From Alistipes sp. UBA928 (GTDB lineage Bacteria; Bacteroidota; Bacteroidia; Bacteroidales; Rikenellaceae), in assembly GCA_002293665.1 (NCBI GenBank), contig DBDQ01000012.1, positions 1-50,100 on the forward strand: a stretch of DNA of 50,100 nucleotides, read 5' to 3'. Position 1 is the first letter of the stretch; each line of letters starts with the position of its first letter. This document shows, in pieces, positions 33,930-43,506 of this stretch. The position numbers were made by a program, and so were the translations under genes. The notes beneath the pieces were generated by a model that worked only from the letters and a program-made list of their open reading frames with translations, searched no databases and had not been told where the DNA came from.

Positions 33930-34403
33930 TTATTTCTTAAGCTCCATGCGCTTCTGTGAAGTCAGTTTTTCACAGTAACGGCACCTCAAAGCAATCTCCC
34001 CACTTGCTCCCGAAACCACCTCGAAAGCCGTCTCAATGGGCTGATGATTAGTCACACACATCGGATTGGCACACCGCACAAAGCCTTCGATCCGTGCCGG
34101 CACCTCCACCCGCCGTTTCTCGACAACCGCAAAATCCCGAATGGTATTCACCCGCGCATCAGGCGCAAAAAGTGCGATCCTGTCGATCTCGTGCGGCGAC
34201 GGATAACGGTCGTTGATCTTTATTATCGCCTTGGTACCCAAACGTTTGCTCTCAAGATTCGTACCGATGGTCATTCTATGCTCGGTGTCGCGATCAAGCC
34301 CCATGATGGTAATGATCTTGAACAGCGCGGCGGGCGGAATATGGTCGATCACCGTGCCGTTCTCGATCATCTGTACTTCCATTATTTTTTCCTGTGCTGC
34401 CAT
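33930..34403 (-). CDS. pyrI: aspartate carbamoyltransferase regulatory subunit
   Basis: The 157-aa ORF has IENGTVIDHIP and the C-terminal zinc cluster (CANPMC...CRYC). Confidence 0.92.
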   Translation of the reverse strand: MAAQEKIMEVQMIENGTVIDHIPPAALFKIITIMGLDRDTEHRMTIGTNLESKRLGTKAIIKINDRYPSPHEIDRIALFAPDARVNTIRDFAVVEKRRVEVPARIEGFVRCANPMCVTNHQPIETAFEVVSGASGEIALRCRYCEKLTSQKRMELKK

Positions 34404-34417
34404 GACTGAAATAATTC

Positions 34418-35347
34418 TTATTTTTTAACGTCTAACAAGTAACAGATTATCGCCATTCGCGCGTACACACCGTTTTCCACCTGCGAAAAGTAGTATGCGT
34501 GTGGGCTGTCGTCGACGTCGGCCGCAATCTCGCCGACACGTGGCAGCGGGTGTAAAATCTTCATCGTTTCGCGTGATCCTGAGAGCATTGCCGCATGCAA
34601 AACATATGTATTCTTAACTCGTTCGTACTCCATCGGATCGTTGAACCGCTCCTTTTGAATACGCGTCATGTAGAGGATGTCGATGTCGTCCAAATGACCG
34701 TCGAGTTCAGTGAGTTCGCTATACTTCAGTCCCTTCTTGTCGAGCAACGTGCGATACTCGACAGGCATCCGAAGTTCAGACGGCGAGACGAAAACAAATT
34801 CAGTGTCGAAATGCGACAGTGCCTCCAACAGCGAATGCACTGTGCGCCCGTACTTTAGATCACCCACCATCATCACCTTCAATCCATCGAGCCGTCCCTG
34901 CGTTTTCTTAATCGAGTAAAGATCGAGCAACGTCTGCGAGGGGTGCTGATTGGCGCCATCGCCCGCGTTGACCACCGGCACCCGCGCCACTTCGCTCGCA
35001 TAGCGCGCCGCACCCTCGAGCGTATGTCTCATCACGATCATATCGCAATAGTTTGAGATCACGGAGATGGTGTCGTGCAGCGTTTCGCCCTTCGAGACGC
35101 TTGTGTTAGCTACGTCTGAAAACCCTATCACCCTGGCGCCCAGGCGATTGATAGCACTCTCAAAACTGAGCCGCGTGCGCGTCGAGGGCTCAAAAAAAAG
35201 CGTCGAGATGACCCGCCCCTGCAACAGGCCGCGACTGGCGACTCCTCCTCCTGCCAAATCACGCTCGAACTCGGCGGCAATCTCCATTATGCGCAGAATC
35301 TCATCCTTCGTGAAATCAGTTATTGAAATCAAGCTTTTCTTTCCCAT
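34418..35347 (-). CDS. pyrB: aspartate carbamoyltransferase catalytic subunit
   Basis: The 309-aa ORF has the carbamoyl-phosphate motif FFEPSTRTR, the motif HPSQ and HPLPR. Confidence 0.95.
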   Translation of the reverse strand: MGKKSLISITDFTKDEILRIMEIAAEFERDLAGGGVASRGLLQGRVISTLFFEPSTRTRLSFESAINRLGARVIGFSDVANTSVSKGETLHDTISVISNYCDMIVMRHTLEGAARYASEVARVPVVNAGDGANQHPSQTLLDLYSIKKTQGRLDGLKVMMVGDLKYGRTVHSLLEALSHFDTEFVFVSPSELRMPVEYRTLLDKKGLKYSELTELDGHLDDIDILYMTRIQKERFNDPMEYERVKNTYVLHAAMLSGSRETMKILHPLPRVGEIAADVDDSPHAYYFSQVENGVYARMAIICYLLDVKK

Positions 35348-35379
35348 AATCTATCTATTTTTCACGTGATTACACCTAA

Positions 35380-35735
35380 TTACCTCTCCTGATAAACGCC
35401 TATTGCGCCATGCGTTCGTATCGACCAAACGCCGGCAATAATATTCCTCCTGTAACCATACATCGACACAACCACGTCGTCCGCCGCTTCCCCACCATCG
35501 CCACACACCACATCCACTGTGACACGGGCCGTATTCCGCCTCTCCTCTGCATTTCCCTTGTAGATAAAGGTGTGGAATCACCGTTCAGCATAATCGACGC
35601 CTCCGAGTAGCCCCCTCCGCCACCTCCCAACCAACTATATGTTCCGGGAATGGATTTATAGCTACATGCTGCACTAAACACAAGCATAGACACAATCGCG
35701 ATCACCCTGAAAATATTCACATTACGCCTCACCAT
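35380..35735 (-). pseudogene. possible frame-disrupted small lipoprotein
   Basis: The track ORF (35400-35735) starts with a lipoprotein signal (IAIVSMLVFSAAC) and then becomes W/C/R/M-rich nonsense after ...IMLNGD. My translation of the adjacent frame, open from 35577 to the stop at 35380-35382, is far more protein-like: FHTFIYKGNAEERRNTARVTVDVVCGDGGEAADDVVVSMYGYRRNIIAGVWSIRTHGAIGVYQER. Confidence 0.45.
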
Positions 35736-35743
35736 CTCAACTT

Positions 35744-36349
35744 TTACTTCACAACCTCAAACTTCGCGCCCTCACATTTTTCAAGCCGTCCCGCAAGTTC
35801 CTCCATCCTGCCATGCCGTATCAACAGGCGCAGGTGACACACATTGTCGAAATGTTGCTCCAATACCCTCGGTTCCAACTCTTTCACTACACGCATCACA
35901 CCGTTAAGCTCCTCATAAGGACATTCGACCTCAATCTCCACATCAACCGTCCGCAACACAATCTCCGAAGCCGCCAACACCTCCGTCGTCGCATCTTTAT
36001 AGGCCGTAATCAGCCCGGGAACACCCAACTTTGTCCCACCGAAATACCTGACCACCACCACTATGCAGTCAGTCACCTCAACCGAAAGCATCTGTCCGAG
36101 AATCGGCCGGCCGGCGGTTCCGCTCGGTTCTCCATCGTCGTTCACCCGCCACGTTTCACCTCTCGGCCCCATCCGCCACGCGTAACAGTGGTGCGTGGCG
36201 TCATAGTATTTTTTCCGCAACGCATCCAAATGTTTCTTAACCTCATCCTCACTCGTAACCGGCCACGCGTAGGCCAAAAATTTACTGCTACGTTCTCTCA
36301 GCGCAGCCTCAGCAGGAGCCGCAATCGTCTTATATTCATCGTCTTGCAT
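35744..36349 (-). CDS. yigZ: YigZ / IMPACT-family protein
   Basis: I preferred the ATG at 36349 over the GTG at 36367. The product has the UPF0029 signature (SKFLAYAWPV...HHCYAWR...DDGEPSGTAGRPIL) and a C-terminal DUF1949-like domain. Confidence 0.8.
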   Translation of the reverse strand: MQDDEYKTIAAPAEAALRERSSKFLAYAWPVTSEDEVKKHLDALRKKYYDATHHCYAWRMGPRGETWRVNDDGEPSGTAGRPILGQMLSVEVTDCIVVVVRYFGGTKLGVPGLITAYKDATTEVLAASEIVLRTVDVEIEVECPYEELNGVMRVVKELEPRVLEQHFDNVCHLRLLIRHGRMEELAGRLEKCEGAKFEVVK

Positions 36350-36373
36350 CGACCGAACACAGCACACTTGGCA

Positions 36374-37732
36374 TCAACGAATCTTTCTGAACATCCTGTT
36401 CCAACGTATCTTCCCGTCGAAGAGACCCTTATCCTTGTCAAGCGACAGCCACACAAACGACGCCTTGCCAACAATGTGATCTTCAGGCACAAAGCCCCAA
36501 AAACGTGAATCAAGAGAATTTTGCCTGTTATCGCCCATCATCCAGTAATAGTCCATTCGGAAAGTATACTCGCTCGCAGGCGCACCGTTGATATAGATCA
36601 CACCGTCTCGCACCTTCAGGTCATTACCCTCGTAAGCATCGATAACACGCTCATACAAAGGCAGGTTATCAAGCGTCAGCGCAACCGTCGCACCACGTGC
36701 AGGAATCCACAGCGGCCCGAAATCACTCTCGGTCCAACCCGTGGTACCAGTATTCGGAAAAGTGTCACCGCCACCAAACCCAACCTGCTCCACAGAAAGC
36801 ACATTGCTCATAGCACGCACTTTTTCAAAATTTTCAGAGGTTAGAGGCATCGCGTCATACACACCCACAGCCGGATTGTACATGACGTCGGCGCGCGAAA
36901 TACCCATCCCGTCGAGCACGGCAAAAGAGATCGGCGACGAGGTTTTAACGTCATATCGCAACTGCAAACCGGGTATCTCCTTCTGAACCAAACCATTAAC
37001 ATAGAGTTGAGAGGCACGGATCAGAATGGAATCGCCCGGCAATCCAACGCACCGTTTCACATAATTTTCGCGCTTATCCACGGGCCGCGACACTATAGTG
37101 TAGCGCTCTTCAAGAGCCGCACGACCCGCTACGGCCCCGAGTTGCCGCTGATAATCACGCAACACATCGTAGTACGTAACATCCGGATACTCAAGCAAAA
37201 CCGTGTCGCCAGCCGGAAAATTGAACACCACCACATCGTCGCGTTCGATCGGCCGCAGTCCCACGAGTCTTTTATACGGCCGCCGGATCATCTCGGAGTA
37301 CGACTTAGCACCAGTCGTCGAGAATGGCATCGTATTGTGTACCAGCGGCATGGAGATCGGCGTGTTGGGCATTTTCGGCCCGTAGGTCAGTTTACTGACA
37401 TACAGATAATCGCCGACCAGCAAGCTCTTTTCCATCGACGGCGAGGGGATAACGAACATCTGAAACACAAAAATGTGGATGATCGACGCCACGACGACAG
37501 CGAAGACAATCGCCTCGATCCATTCGGCCGCCACACGATATAAAGAGTTTTGCTCACGCACACTCCTGTGATATTTAAGCACATAGCGGCTGAAATATTT
37601 CGTTATAAACAGATCGAAGAGCACAACTATGCCCAACAGCATCCAAAGATTGTGCATCCACCACACAAAAACCAGAATATAAAGAAATGTCCAGACACAG
37701 AACTTTGCCCACTTATTATTCAGACCTCTCAT
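36374..37732 (-). CDS. lepB: signal peptidase I (long Bacteroidota-type)
   Basis: The 452-aa ORF has the catalytic Ser box (IPSPSMEKSL), the Lys box (YVKRCVGLPGD) and the C-terminal GDNRQNSLDSRFWGFV motif. Confidence 0.9.
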   Translation of the reverse strand: MRGLNNKWAKFCVWTFLYILVFVWWMHNLWMLLGIVVLFDLFITKYFSRYVLKYHRSVREQNSLYRVAAEWIEAIVFAVVVASIIHIFVFQMFVIPSPSMEKSLLVGDYLYVSKLTYGPKMPNTPISMPLVHNTMPFSTTGAKSYSEMIRRPYKRLVGLRPIERDDVVVFNFPAGDTVLLEYPDVTYYDVLRDYQRQLGAVAGRAALEERYTIVSRPVDKRENYVKRCVGLPGDSILIRASQLYVNGLVQKEIPGLQLRYDVKTSSPISFAVLDGMGISRADVMYNPAVGVYDAMPLTSENFEKVRAMSNVLSVEQVGFGGGDTFPNTGTTGWTESDFGPLWIPARGATVALTLDNLPLYERVIDAYEGNDLKVRDGVIYINGAPASEYTFRMDYYWMMGDNRQNSLDSRFWGFVPEDHIVGKASFVWLSLDKDKGLFDGKIRWNRMFRKIR

Positions 37733-37735
37733 GGC

Positions 37736-38500
37736 TTACAATTTAAGTAAATCGTTCATCGAGAAGACCCCCTTGCGTCCGGCAGCCACTTCGCTCACAA
37801 GGAACTCGGCTGCCGAGACTGCTCCGGCTGCCAATCCCGCGCGGCTTTTTATGTTGTGCGTCAGCGTAATAGCATCCACCGGCGACTCGTATGTAACAGT
37901 GTGGGTTCCGGGGGCAACACTTCGCCTCACCGACACCACTTCGAGCTCCGCGGGGTCGAACGCGCCCACCGCCTGACACCCCAAAACCCAGCGCAATTTC
38001 CGGTCGAGCGCGGCCACGATATCGTTGGCGATCACGACAGCCGTCCCGCTGGGAGCATCTTTTTTCTGAACATGATGAACCTCCTCCACCGTCACGTCGT
38101 ACTCCGCGAAACGGTTCATCATCTCAGCCAACCGACGGTTGAGCTCAAAGGTGACGTTGACCCCGATCGAATAGTTCGACGCATAGAAGAACGCTCCCCC
38201 GCGCTGGCGGCAAAGCTCCTCCACCTCAGGCAGATGCGCCGTCCACGCAGTAGTTCCGCACACCACCGGCACCCCGATCTCCAAGCACTTCACAATGTTA
38301 CCGAGCGCCGTATCGGGAGTAGTGAACTCTATCGCAACATCCACACCACTCCCCTCGAGATCATCTATTTTTGCGTAGCTGACTCCGCCGTCGGCATTCT
38401 GCCCCACGTCGATCACGAGCGCCACCTCATGTCCGCGAGCCACAAGTATCCGCTCGATCTCGCGGCCCATTTTTCCATATCCGATTATCGCAACTTTCAT
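37736..38500 (-). CDS. dapB: 4-hydroxy-tetrahydrodipicolinate reductase
   Basis: The 254-aa ORF has the N-terminal Rossmann motif KVAIIGYGKMG and the motif E.HH..K.DAPSGTA (VEEVHHVQKKDAPSGTA). Confidence 0.92.
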   Translation of the reverse strand: MKVAIIGYGKMGREIERILVARGHEVALVIDVGQNADGGVSYAKIDDLEGSGVDVAIEFTTPDTALGNIVKCLEIGVPVVCGTTAWTAHLPEVEELCRQRGGAFFYASNYSIGVNVTFELNRRLAEMMNRFAEYDVTVEEVHHVQKKDAPSGTAVVIANDIVAALDRKLRWVLGCQAVGAFDPAELEVVSVRRSVAPGTHTVTYESPVDAITLTHNIKSRAGLAAGAVSAAEFLVSEVAAGRKGVFSMNDLLKL

Positions 38501-40047
38501 ATTTTCAAAATCTTAATCGCCTGATCTATTCTGAACAGCGTCTCTGCTTTTCCGATTATCTCACAAATTTCAGCGATGCCCGGCCCCATCGAAGCCCCCA
38601 CGATCGCCAAACGCAGCGAGTTCATCACCTGTCCCATGGGATGCCCGCCCTCTTCGACCCAACCGTGGATCACAGCCTCGAGATGCGCCGCCGTCCAATC
38701 GCCCGTCGCCGCCAGCACCTCGCGCAGAGTCGCTACACGGGCCGGATTTTCACCTTTCCAAAACTTGGCCGACGCCTTCTCGTCATAACGCACCGGGGCA
38801 ACAAAAAAGTACGACGACAACTCCCAAAGATCGCCCACAAAAGTGGCACGCTCCTTCACGAGGCCCACAACACGCTCCAGTTTAGCACGTTCCCAAGCGA
38901 TACCCTTGTCCAACAATATTGGCACGAACGCATCCGTCAGCTCGGCATTCGACTTGCGTAGCATATACTCGTGATTAAACCAGCGCGCTTTCTCGGGCTG
39001 GAACCGCGCACCCGACTTCGACACCCGATCCAAAGAGAACAGCGCCACAAGCTCCTCCATCGAGAAAATCTCCTGCTCCGTGCCGGGATTCCAACCCAAC
39101 AGCGCGAGCATGTTGACGAACGCCTCGGGAAAGTAACCCTCCTCGCGATAGCCCGCCGAAATCTCCCCCTCGGGCGAGATCCAGCGCATCGGGAAGACAG
39201 GAAAACCGAGTTTGTCGCCATCGCGTTTCGAAAGTTTACCTTGCCCTGTCGGCTTCAGCAACAGTGGCAAATGCGCAAACAAAGGCTGCGACTCCGTCCA
39301 ACCGAAAGCGCGATACAGCAGATAGTGCAACGGCAGCGACGGTAGCCACTCCTCACCACGGATCACATGGCTGATCTCCATCAGGTGGTCGTCCACAATA
39401 TTAGCCAAATGATAGGTCGGCAACCCGTCGGAAGACTTCCACAACACCTTGTCGTCCAAAGTGTCTGTCGCTATGGTCACCTCGCCGCGGATCAGGTCGT
39501 TCATCACGACCTCCTCTCCGGCAGGTATCCTGAAACGTATCACATACTGGTCGCCGCGGTCGATACGCGCCGCCACCTCGTCGGCACTCAGCCTCAGCGA
39601 AGTCTCTAGCCCCTCGCGCACGGTGTGGTCGTAAGAGAACTTACCGCCCGCCGCCTCGGCCCCGGCCCGCAGCGCATCCAGCGACTCGGCCGTGTCGAAA
39701 GCGTAGTAGGCCCAACCCGACTCGACCAACTGTCGCGCATACTTTAAATATATATCCCGCCGCTCGCTCTGCCGATACGGCGCATGCGACCCCTGCGACG
39801 CAACCGAAACCCCGTCGCCTGCACCTATGCCTTCATCTATTTTGATGCCACACCAGCGCAGCGAATCAAGGATATACTGCTCCGCCCCCGGCACGAACCG
39901 CGCCGAATCGGTATCCTCAATCCGGATAATGAACTTCCCGCCATGCCGCCGCGCGAACAGATAGTTATACAGCGCCGTCCGCACGCCGCCCATGTGCAGC
40001 GGCCCGGTAGGCGACGGCGCAAAACGCACCCTTATCTCTCTCTTCAT
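38497..40047 (-). CDS. gltX: glutamate--tRNA ligase
   Basis: The 516-aa ORF has the class I HIGH-type motif (SPTGPLHMGGVRTA) and the KMSKS-type motif (KLSKR). It overlaps dapB by 4 nt. Confidence 0.95.
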   Translation of the reverse strand: MKREIRVRFAPSPTGPLHMGGVRTALYNYLFARRHGGKFIIRIEDTDSARFVPGAEQYILDSLRWCGIKIDEGIGAGDGVSVASQGSHAPYRQSERRDIYLKYARQLVESGWAYYAFDTAESLDALRAGAEAAGGKFSYDHTVREGLETSLRLSADEVAARIDRGDQYVIRFRIPAGEEVVMNDLIRGEVTIATDTLDDKVLWKSSDGLPTYHLANIVDDHLMEISHVIRGEEWLPSLPLHYLLYRAFGWTESQPLFAHLPLLLKPTGQGKLSKRDGDKLGFPVFPMRWISPEGEISAGYREEGYFPEAFVNMLALLGWNPGTEQEIFSMEELVALFSLDRVSKSGARFQPEKARWFNHEYMLRKSNAELTDAFVPILLDKGIAWERAKLERVVGLVKERATFVGDLWELSSYFFVAPVRYDEKASAKFWKGENPARVATLREVLAATGDWTAAHLEAVIHGWVEEGGHPMGQVMNSLRLAIVGASMGPGIAEICEIIGKAETLFRIDQAIKILKI

Positions 40048-40175
40048 ATATATTTTTCTGTCAATTTCATCGTCAACAGCGCATAATCCCTGCCCTCACT
40101 GTCCGTTTCACTGCGCCGCACACCTCGACCGCCACGAGATACTCCGGCAACTCCTCCGCACCAGCCCGGCGCACG

Positions 40176-41276
40176 TTACACATTAAACAGGAAGTGCATA
40201 ATATCGCCATCCTGCACAACATACTCCTTGCCCTCGATGGCGATCTTTCCCGCCTCGCGGCAAGCCTTCTCGCTGCCGAGCGCCACGTAATCGTCGTATT
40301 TTATCACCTCGGCACGAATAAACCCGCGCTCGAAATCGGTGTGAATGATCCCCGCCGTCTGTGGCGCCTTCATCCCTCGTGTGAAAGTCCACGCGCGGCT
40401 CTCGTCGGCCCCGGTGGTGAAATAGGTTTGCAGATCGAGCAGTTTGTACGCCGCCTTGATAAGCCGCGCCACACCCGACTCCTCAAGCCCCATCTCGGCA
40501 AGAAACATCTGCCGCTCCTCATGCGAGTCGAATTCGGCAATCTCGGCCTCGATCGCCGCGGCAACGATCAGTATCTCCGCCCCCTCGTCGGCCACTGCGG
40601 CACGCACAGCCTCCACATAGGCGTTCCCCCCGGCAGCCGAAGCCTCGTCCACGTTGCACACATAGAGCACTGGCTTGTCGGTCAACAGGTTCAGGTCGCT
40701 GATAAACTTCCGATCCTCCTTATCGAGCTCCACGGTGCGAGCCGAACGTCCGGCCGCCAGAGCCTCCTGATAGCGCACCAAAATATCGTAAGCCCGCCGC
40801 GCCGCCTTGTCGCCACCCGTCTCGGCCTGTTTCTTCACCTTTCCTATGCGGCTCTCGACGGTCTCGAGGTCTTTGAGCTGCAACTCCATGTCGATCACCT
40901 CCTTGTCGCGCACGGGATCGACAGAGTCGTGAACGTGAGTGATGTCACCGCTGTCGAAACATCTCAGTACATGGATTATAGCGTCGGTATTGCGAATATT
41001 CCCGAGAAATTTATTCCCCAACCCCTCACCCTTCGAGGCGCCCTTGACGAGTCCGGCTATGTCTACTATCTCGATGGTGGTGGGTACGACGCGACGGGGC
41101 TTGTCGATCTCCACGAGGCGTTCCAACCTCTGATCGGGCACCGTTATCACCCCCACATTGGGTTCGATGGTACAGAAAGCAAAGTTCGCCGCCTGAGCGC
41201 GGGCGTTCGACAGCGAGTTGAACAGAGTGGATTTACCCACGTTGGGCAGTCCCACTATGCCACATTGTAGAGCCAT
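40176..41276 (-). CDS. ychF: redox-regulated ribosome-binding ATPase YchF
   Basis: The 366-aa ORF has G1 (GIVGLPNVGKSTLFN), FCTIEPN and a C-terminal TGS-like domain (GFIRAEV...). Confidence 0.95.
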   Translation of the reverse strand: MALQCGIVGLPNVGKSTLFNSLSNARAQAANFAFCTIEPNVGVITVPDQRLERLVEIDKPRRVVPTTIEIVDIAGLVKGASKGEGLGNKFLGNIRNTDAIIHVLRCFDSGDITHVHDSVDPVRDKEVIDMELQLKDLETVESRIGKVKKQAETGGDKAARRAYDILVRYQEALAAGRSARTVELDKEDRKFISDLNLLTDKPVLYVCNVDEASAAGGNAYVEAVRAAVADEGAEILIVAAAIEAEIAEFDSHEERQMFLAEMGLEESGVARLIKAAYKLLDLQTYFTTGADESRAWTFTRGMKAPQTAGIIHTDFERGFIRAEVIKYDDYVALGSEKACREAGKIAIEGKEYVVQDGDIMHFLFNV

Positions 41277-41302
41277 ATTTTCGTTCGAATTAAATAATCA
41301 TA

Positions 41303-41334
41303 CAAAGGTAGTGATAATCGGGCTAAACGCCAAA
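41303..41334 (-). promoter_or_regulatory. Bacteroides-type promoter for ychF (-33 TTTG / -7 TACCTTTG, 20-nt spacer)
   Basis: The minus-strand sequence is TTTGgcgtttagcccgattatcacTACCTTTG, with the -7 box ending 26 nt upstream of the ychF ATG. It is near-identical in its outer parts to the module at 43507-43538. Confidence 0.55.
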
Positions 41335-41557
41335 CACGAACCGATTATTCCAAAACGTGCAGTTTTCACAAAAAAAATAACTGTTTTTACATACTTAATG
41401 GCACGTTTTCAGAACGGTCATGCAAGATGGCCTCTTCAACGAAGTAGAGGAGGAGGAGAACAATTGGGGGGGGCAGGGACCATTGGACACCGCTCCGGTC
41501 CCGGTGTCGGGCGCCAGTATTTGTGTCAAGAGCGAAGCGGGGAAAGCATGGTAGAGT

Positions 41558-42901
41558 TTAAATCTCCACCCCCTGAAGAGTAGCCGAAGAGCAATCGGTA
41601 ACCCGAACACGCACATAATCGCCCGGACGATGATCGCCACGGGAAATAACGACGACCTTGTTCTGCGAAGTGCGTCCAAACACCTTGTCATCCGACCGTT
41701 TGCTGGTACCCTCCACGAGTATCTCGAACTCGCGGCCCACATCGCGGCGATTACTCTCGAGCGAAAGTTCGTTCTGCAACGCTATTATCTCCTCGAGGCG
41801 TGCGGTCTTCACCCCGTCGGGCACATCGTCGGCCATCGTCCGCGCCGCCAACGTACCCTCCCGCTCGGAGTATTTAAACATGAAAGCAAACTCATACCCC
41901 ACCTCGCGCATCAGCGACAGCGTCTCGGCATGTTCTTCGGGAGTCTCGCCACAGAATCCGGCGATGATGTCGGTCGAAATGGCAGCATCGGGCATCGCGC
42001 GGCGAATGGCGGCTATGCGGTCAAGATACCACTCGCGCGTGTAGCGGCGGTTCATGCGTTCGAGCACACTGCTGCTCCCCGACTGTGCCGGAAGATGTAT
42101 CGCGCGGCAGATATTGGACGCTGCGGCCATCGTCTCGAGCAATCTGTCCGAAATATCTTTAGGGTGCGAGGTCGCAAACCTCACCCTCAGCAGCGGACTG
42201 ATCTCCGCCACACACCTCAGAAGCTCCGGAAAGTCCACCTCCCCGAAAGAGTACGAGTTGACGTTCTGCCCCAACAGCGTCACCTCGCGATAGCCGGCAT
42301 CGAACAGTTCGCGCACTTCGCGCAGTATCGTTTCGGGCTCGCGGCTCCGTTCGCGTCCACGGGTGTAGGGCACCACACAGTATGAGCAGAAGTTGTTGCA
42401 CCCGCGCATGATGGCCACAAAGGCGCTCACTCCAGCCGTGTCGAGCCTCACGGGCGAAATCTCGGCGTAGGTCTCCTCTTTCGACAGTTCGACGTTGACA
42501 CCGCGCCCTCCCGCCACAGCCTCGCCCACAAGCACCGGCAACGACCGGTAGGCATCGGGCCCGGCAACTATGTCCACGGCGGGCCTCTCGGCCACGATCC
42601 GTTCGGCCAATCTCTCGGCCATGCAGCCTATCAGTCCCAGCACCATGCCCGGACGCCGGCGCTTCAACGCTGCGAGTTCATCGAGCCGGTTCCATATCCG
42701 CTGTTCAGCCCCTTCGCGAATCGAGCAGGTGTTGAGCAGCACCACATCGGCACTCCGCAGATCGTCGGCCCGCCCAAACCCATCGACCGCCATAATAGCC
42801 ATCACAGTCTCGCTGTCCACGACATTCATCTGACAGCCATAAGTCTCGATATATATCTTCCGCCCGACCCCAACAGCCGGTTTCACACTCTGAAAATCCA
42901 T
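41558..42901 (-). CDS. miaB: tRNA (N6-isopentenyl adenosine(37)-C2)-methylthiotransferase
   Basis: The 447-aa ORF has the N-terminal UPF0004 Cys triad, the radical-SAM CxxxCxxC motif (GCNNFCSYCVVP) and a C-terminal TRAM domain. Confidence 0.93.
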   Translation of the reverse strand: MDFQSVKPAVGVGRKIYIETYGCQMNVVDSETVMAIMAVDGFGRADDLRSADVVLLNTCSIREGAEQRIWNRLDELAALKRRRPGMVLGLIGCMAERLAERIVAERPAVDIVAGPDAYRSLPVLVGEAVAGGRGVNVELSKEETYAEISPVRLDTAGVSAFVAIMRGCNNFCSYCVVPYTRGRERSREPETILREVRELFDAGYREVTLLGQNVNSYSFGEVDFPELLRCVAEISPLLRVRFATSHPKDISDRLLETMAAASNICRAIHLPAQSGSSSVLERMNRRYTREWYLDRIAAIRRAMPDAAISTDIIAGFCGETPEEHAETLSLMREVGYEFAFMFKYSEREGTLAARTMADDVPDGVKTARLEEIIALQNELSLESNRRDVGREFEILVEGTSKRSDDKVFGRTSQNKVVVISRGDHRPGDYVRVRVTDCSSATLQGVEI

Positions 42902-42902
42902 A

Positions 42903-43133
42903 CTAATTTCCCAAATAGTCGAGCAACTCTTTTTTCGAGACTCCGATAGTTCTCAAATTCGACCTTACGATAAACCCCGGAACGGGATCGATATGTGTTT
43001 GAAGAATTACAGGGCGACCCAAATCGGATCGTGCCCACACCTCATGCCCACCGGTTATCATGACAAGAGCAAGCCCCTGACTTTCCAAAAAGTCCCGGAA
43101 CTTTTTAAGCTGAATATTATCTGTCGTCCCCAC
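42903..43133 (-). CDS. hicA: HicA-like type II toxin (putative mRNA interferase)
   Basis: The 76-aa ORF has a GTG start 2 nt after the hicB stop. Its pattern LKKFRDFLESQGLALVMITGGHEVW....PVILQTH.DPVP...V.S.L..IGVSKKELLDYL matches the HicA/YcfA layout (K..e..L...G.....GSH......H...i....l..I). Confidence 0.6.
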   Translation of the reverse strand: MGTTDNIQLKKFRDFLESQGLALVMITGGHEVWARSDLGRPVILQTHIDPVPGFIVRSNLRTIGVSKKELLDYLGN

Positions 43134-43135
43134 GG

Positions 43136-43489
43136 TCAGGCAAACAGGGGTATGGCAACACCTTTATCGATCTTCCTGAATGGCTTGGTGTTGAAGATCG
43201 TTTTAAAGTCGTTATTATTACTCAACAGAGTGGTGATGTCGGGAGGGCTCACCGCCGAGCCGTTCTTTATCGTCCATCCCAACGCCGCGAGTTCCGAGTT
43301 GAGCGTGTTCTTTTCCATGCCGTACCTGAAAAACTCCGCCAGCGACACCTCGAACGACTTTCTCGCCTCACTGTCGTTCTCACCGTATCCGTACACGTCG
43401 ACCGCGGGGCAATAAGCGATGTGGATGTTATTCTCTTTGAATAACACCACGGAGAGTCTGACATTGATCAGTGTACCGGTATTTTTCAT
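43136..43489 (-). CDS. hicB: HicB-like antitoxin (N-terminal UPF0150/HicB fold; no obvious DNA-binding domain)
   Basis: I chose the ATG at 43489 (MKNTGTL...), because a full promoter module (43507-43538) lies inside the longer track ORF. The N-terminal VVLFKENNIHIAYCPAVDVYGYGENDSEARKSFEVSLAEFF fits the HicB fold pattern (..dG.y.A..P.l.g..t.G.t.eEA). Confidence 0.55.
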   Translation of the reverse strand: MKNTGTLINVRLSVVLFKENNIHIAYCPAVDVYGYGENDSEARKSFEVSLAEFFRYGMEKNTLNSELAALGWTIKNGSAVSPPDITTLLSNNNDFKTIFNTKPFRKIDKGVAIPLFA

Positions 43490-43506
43490 CGTTTTATTGT
43501 TTGGAA

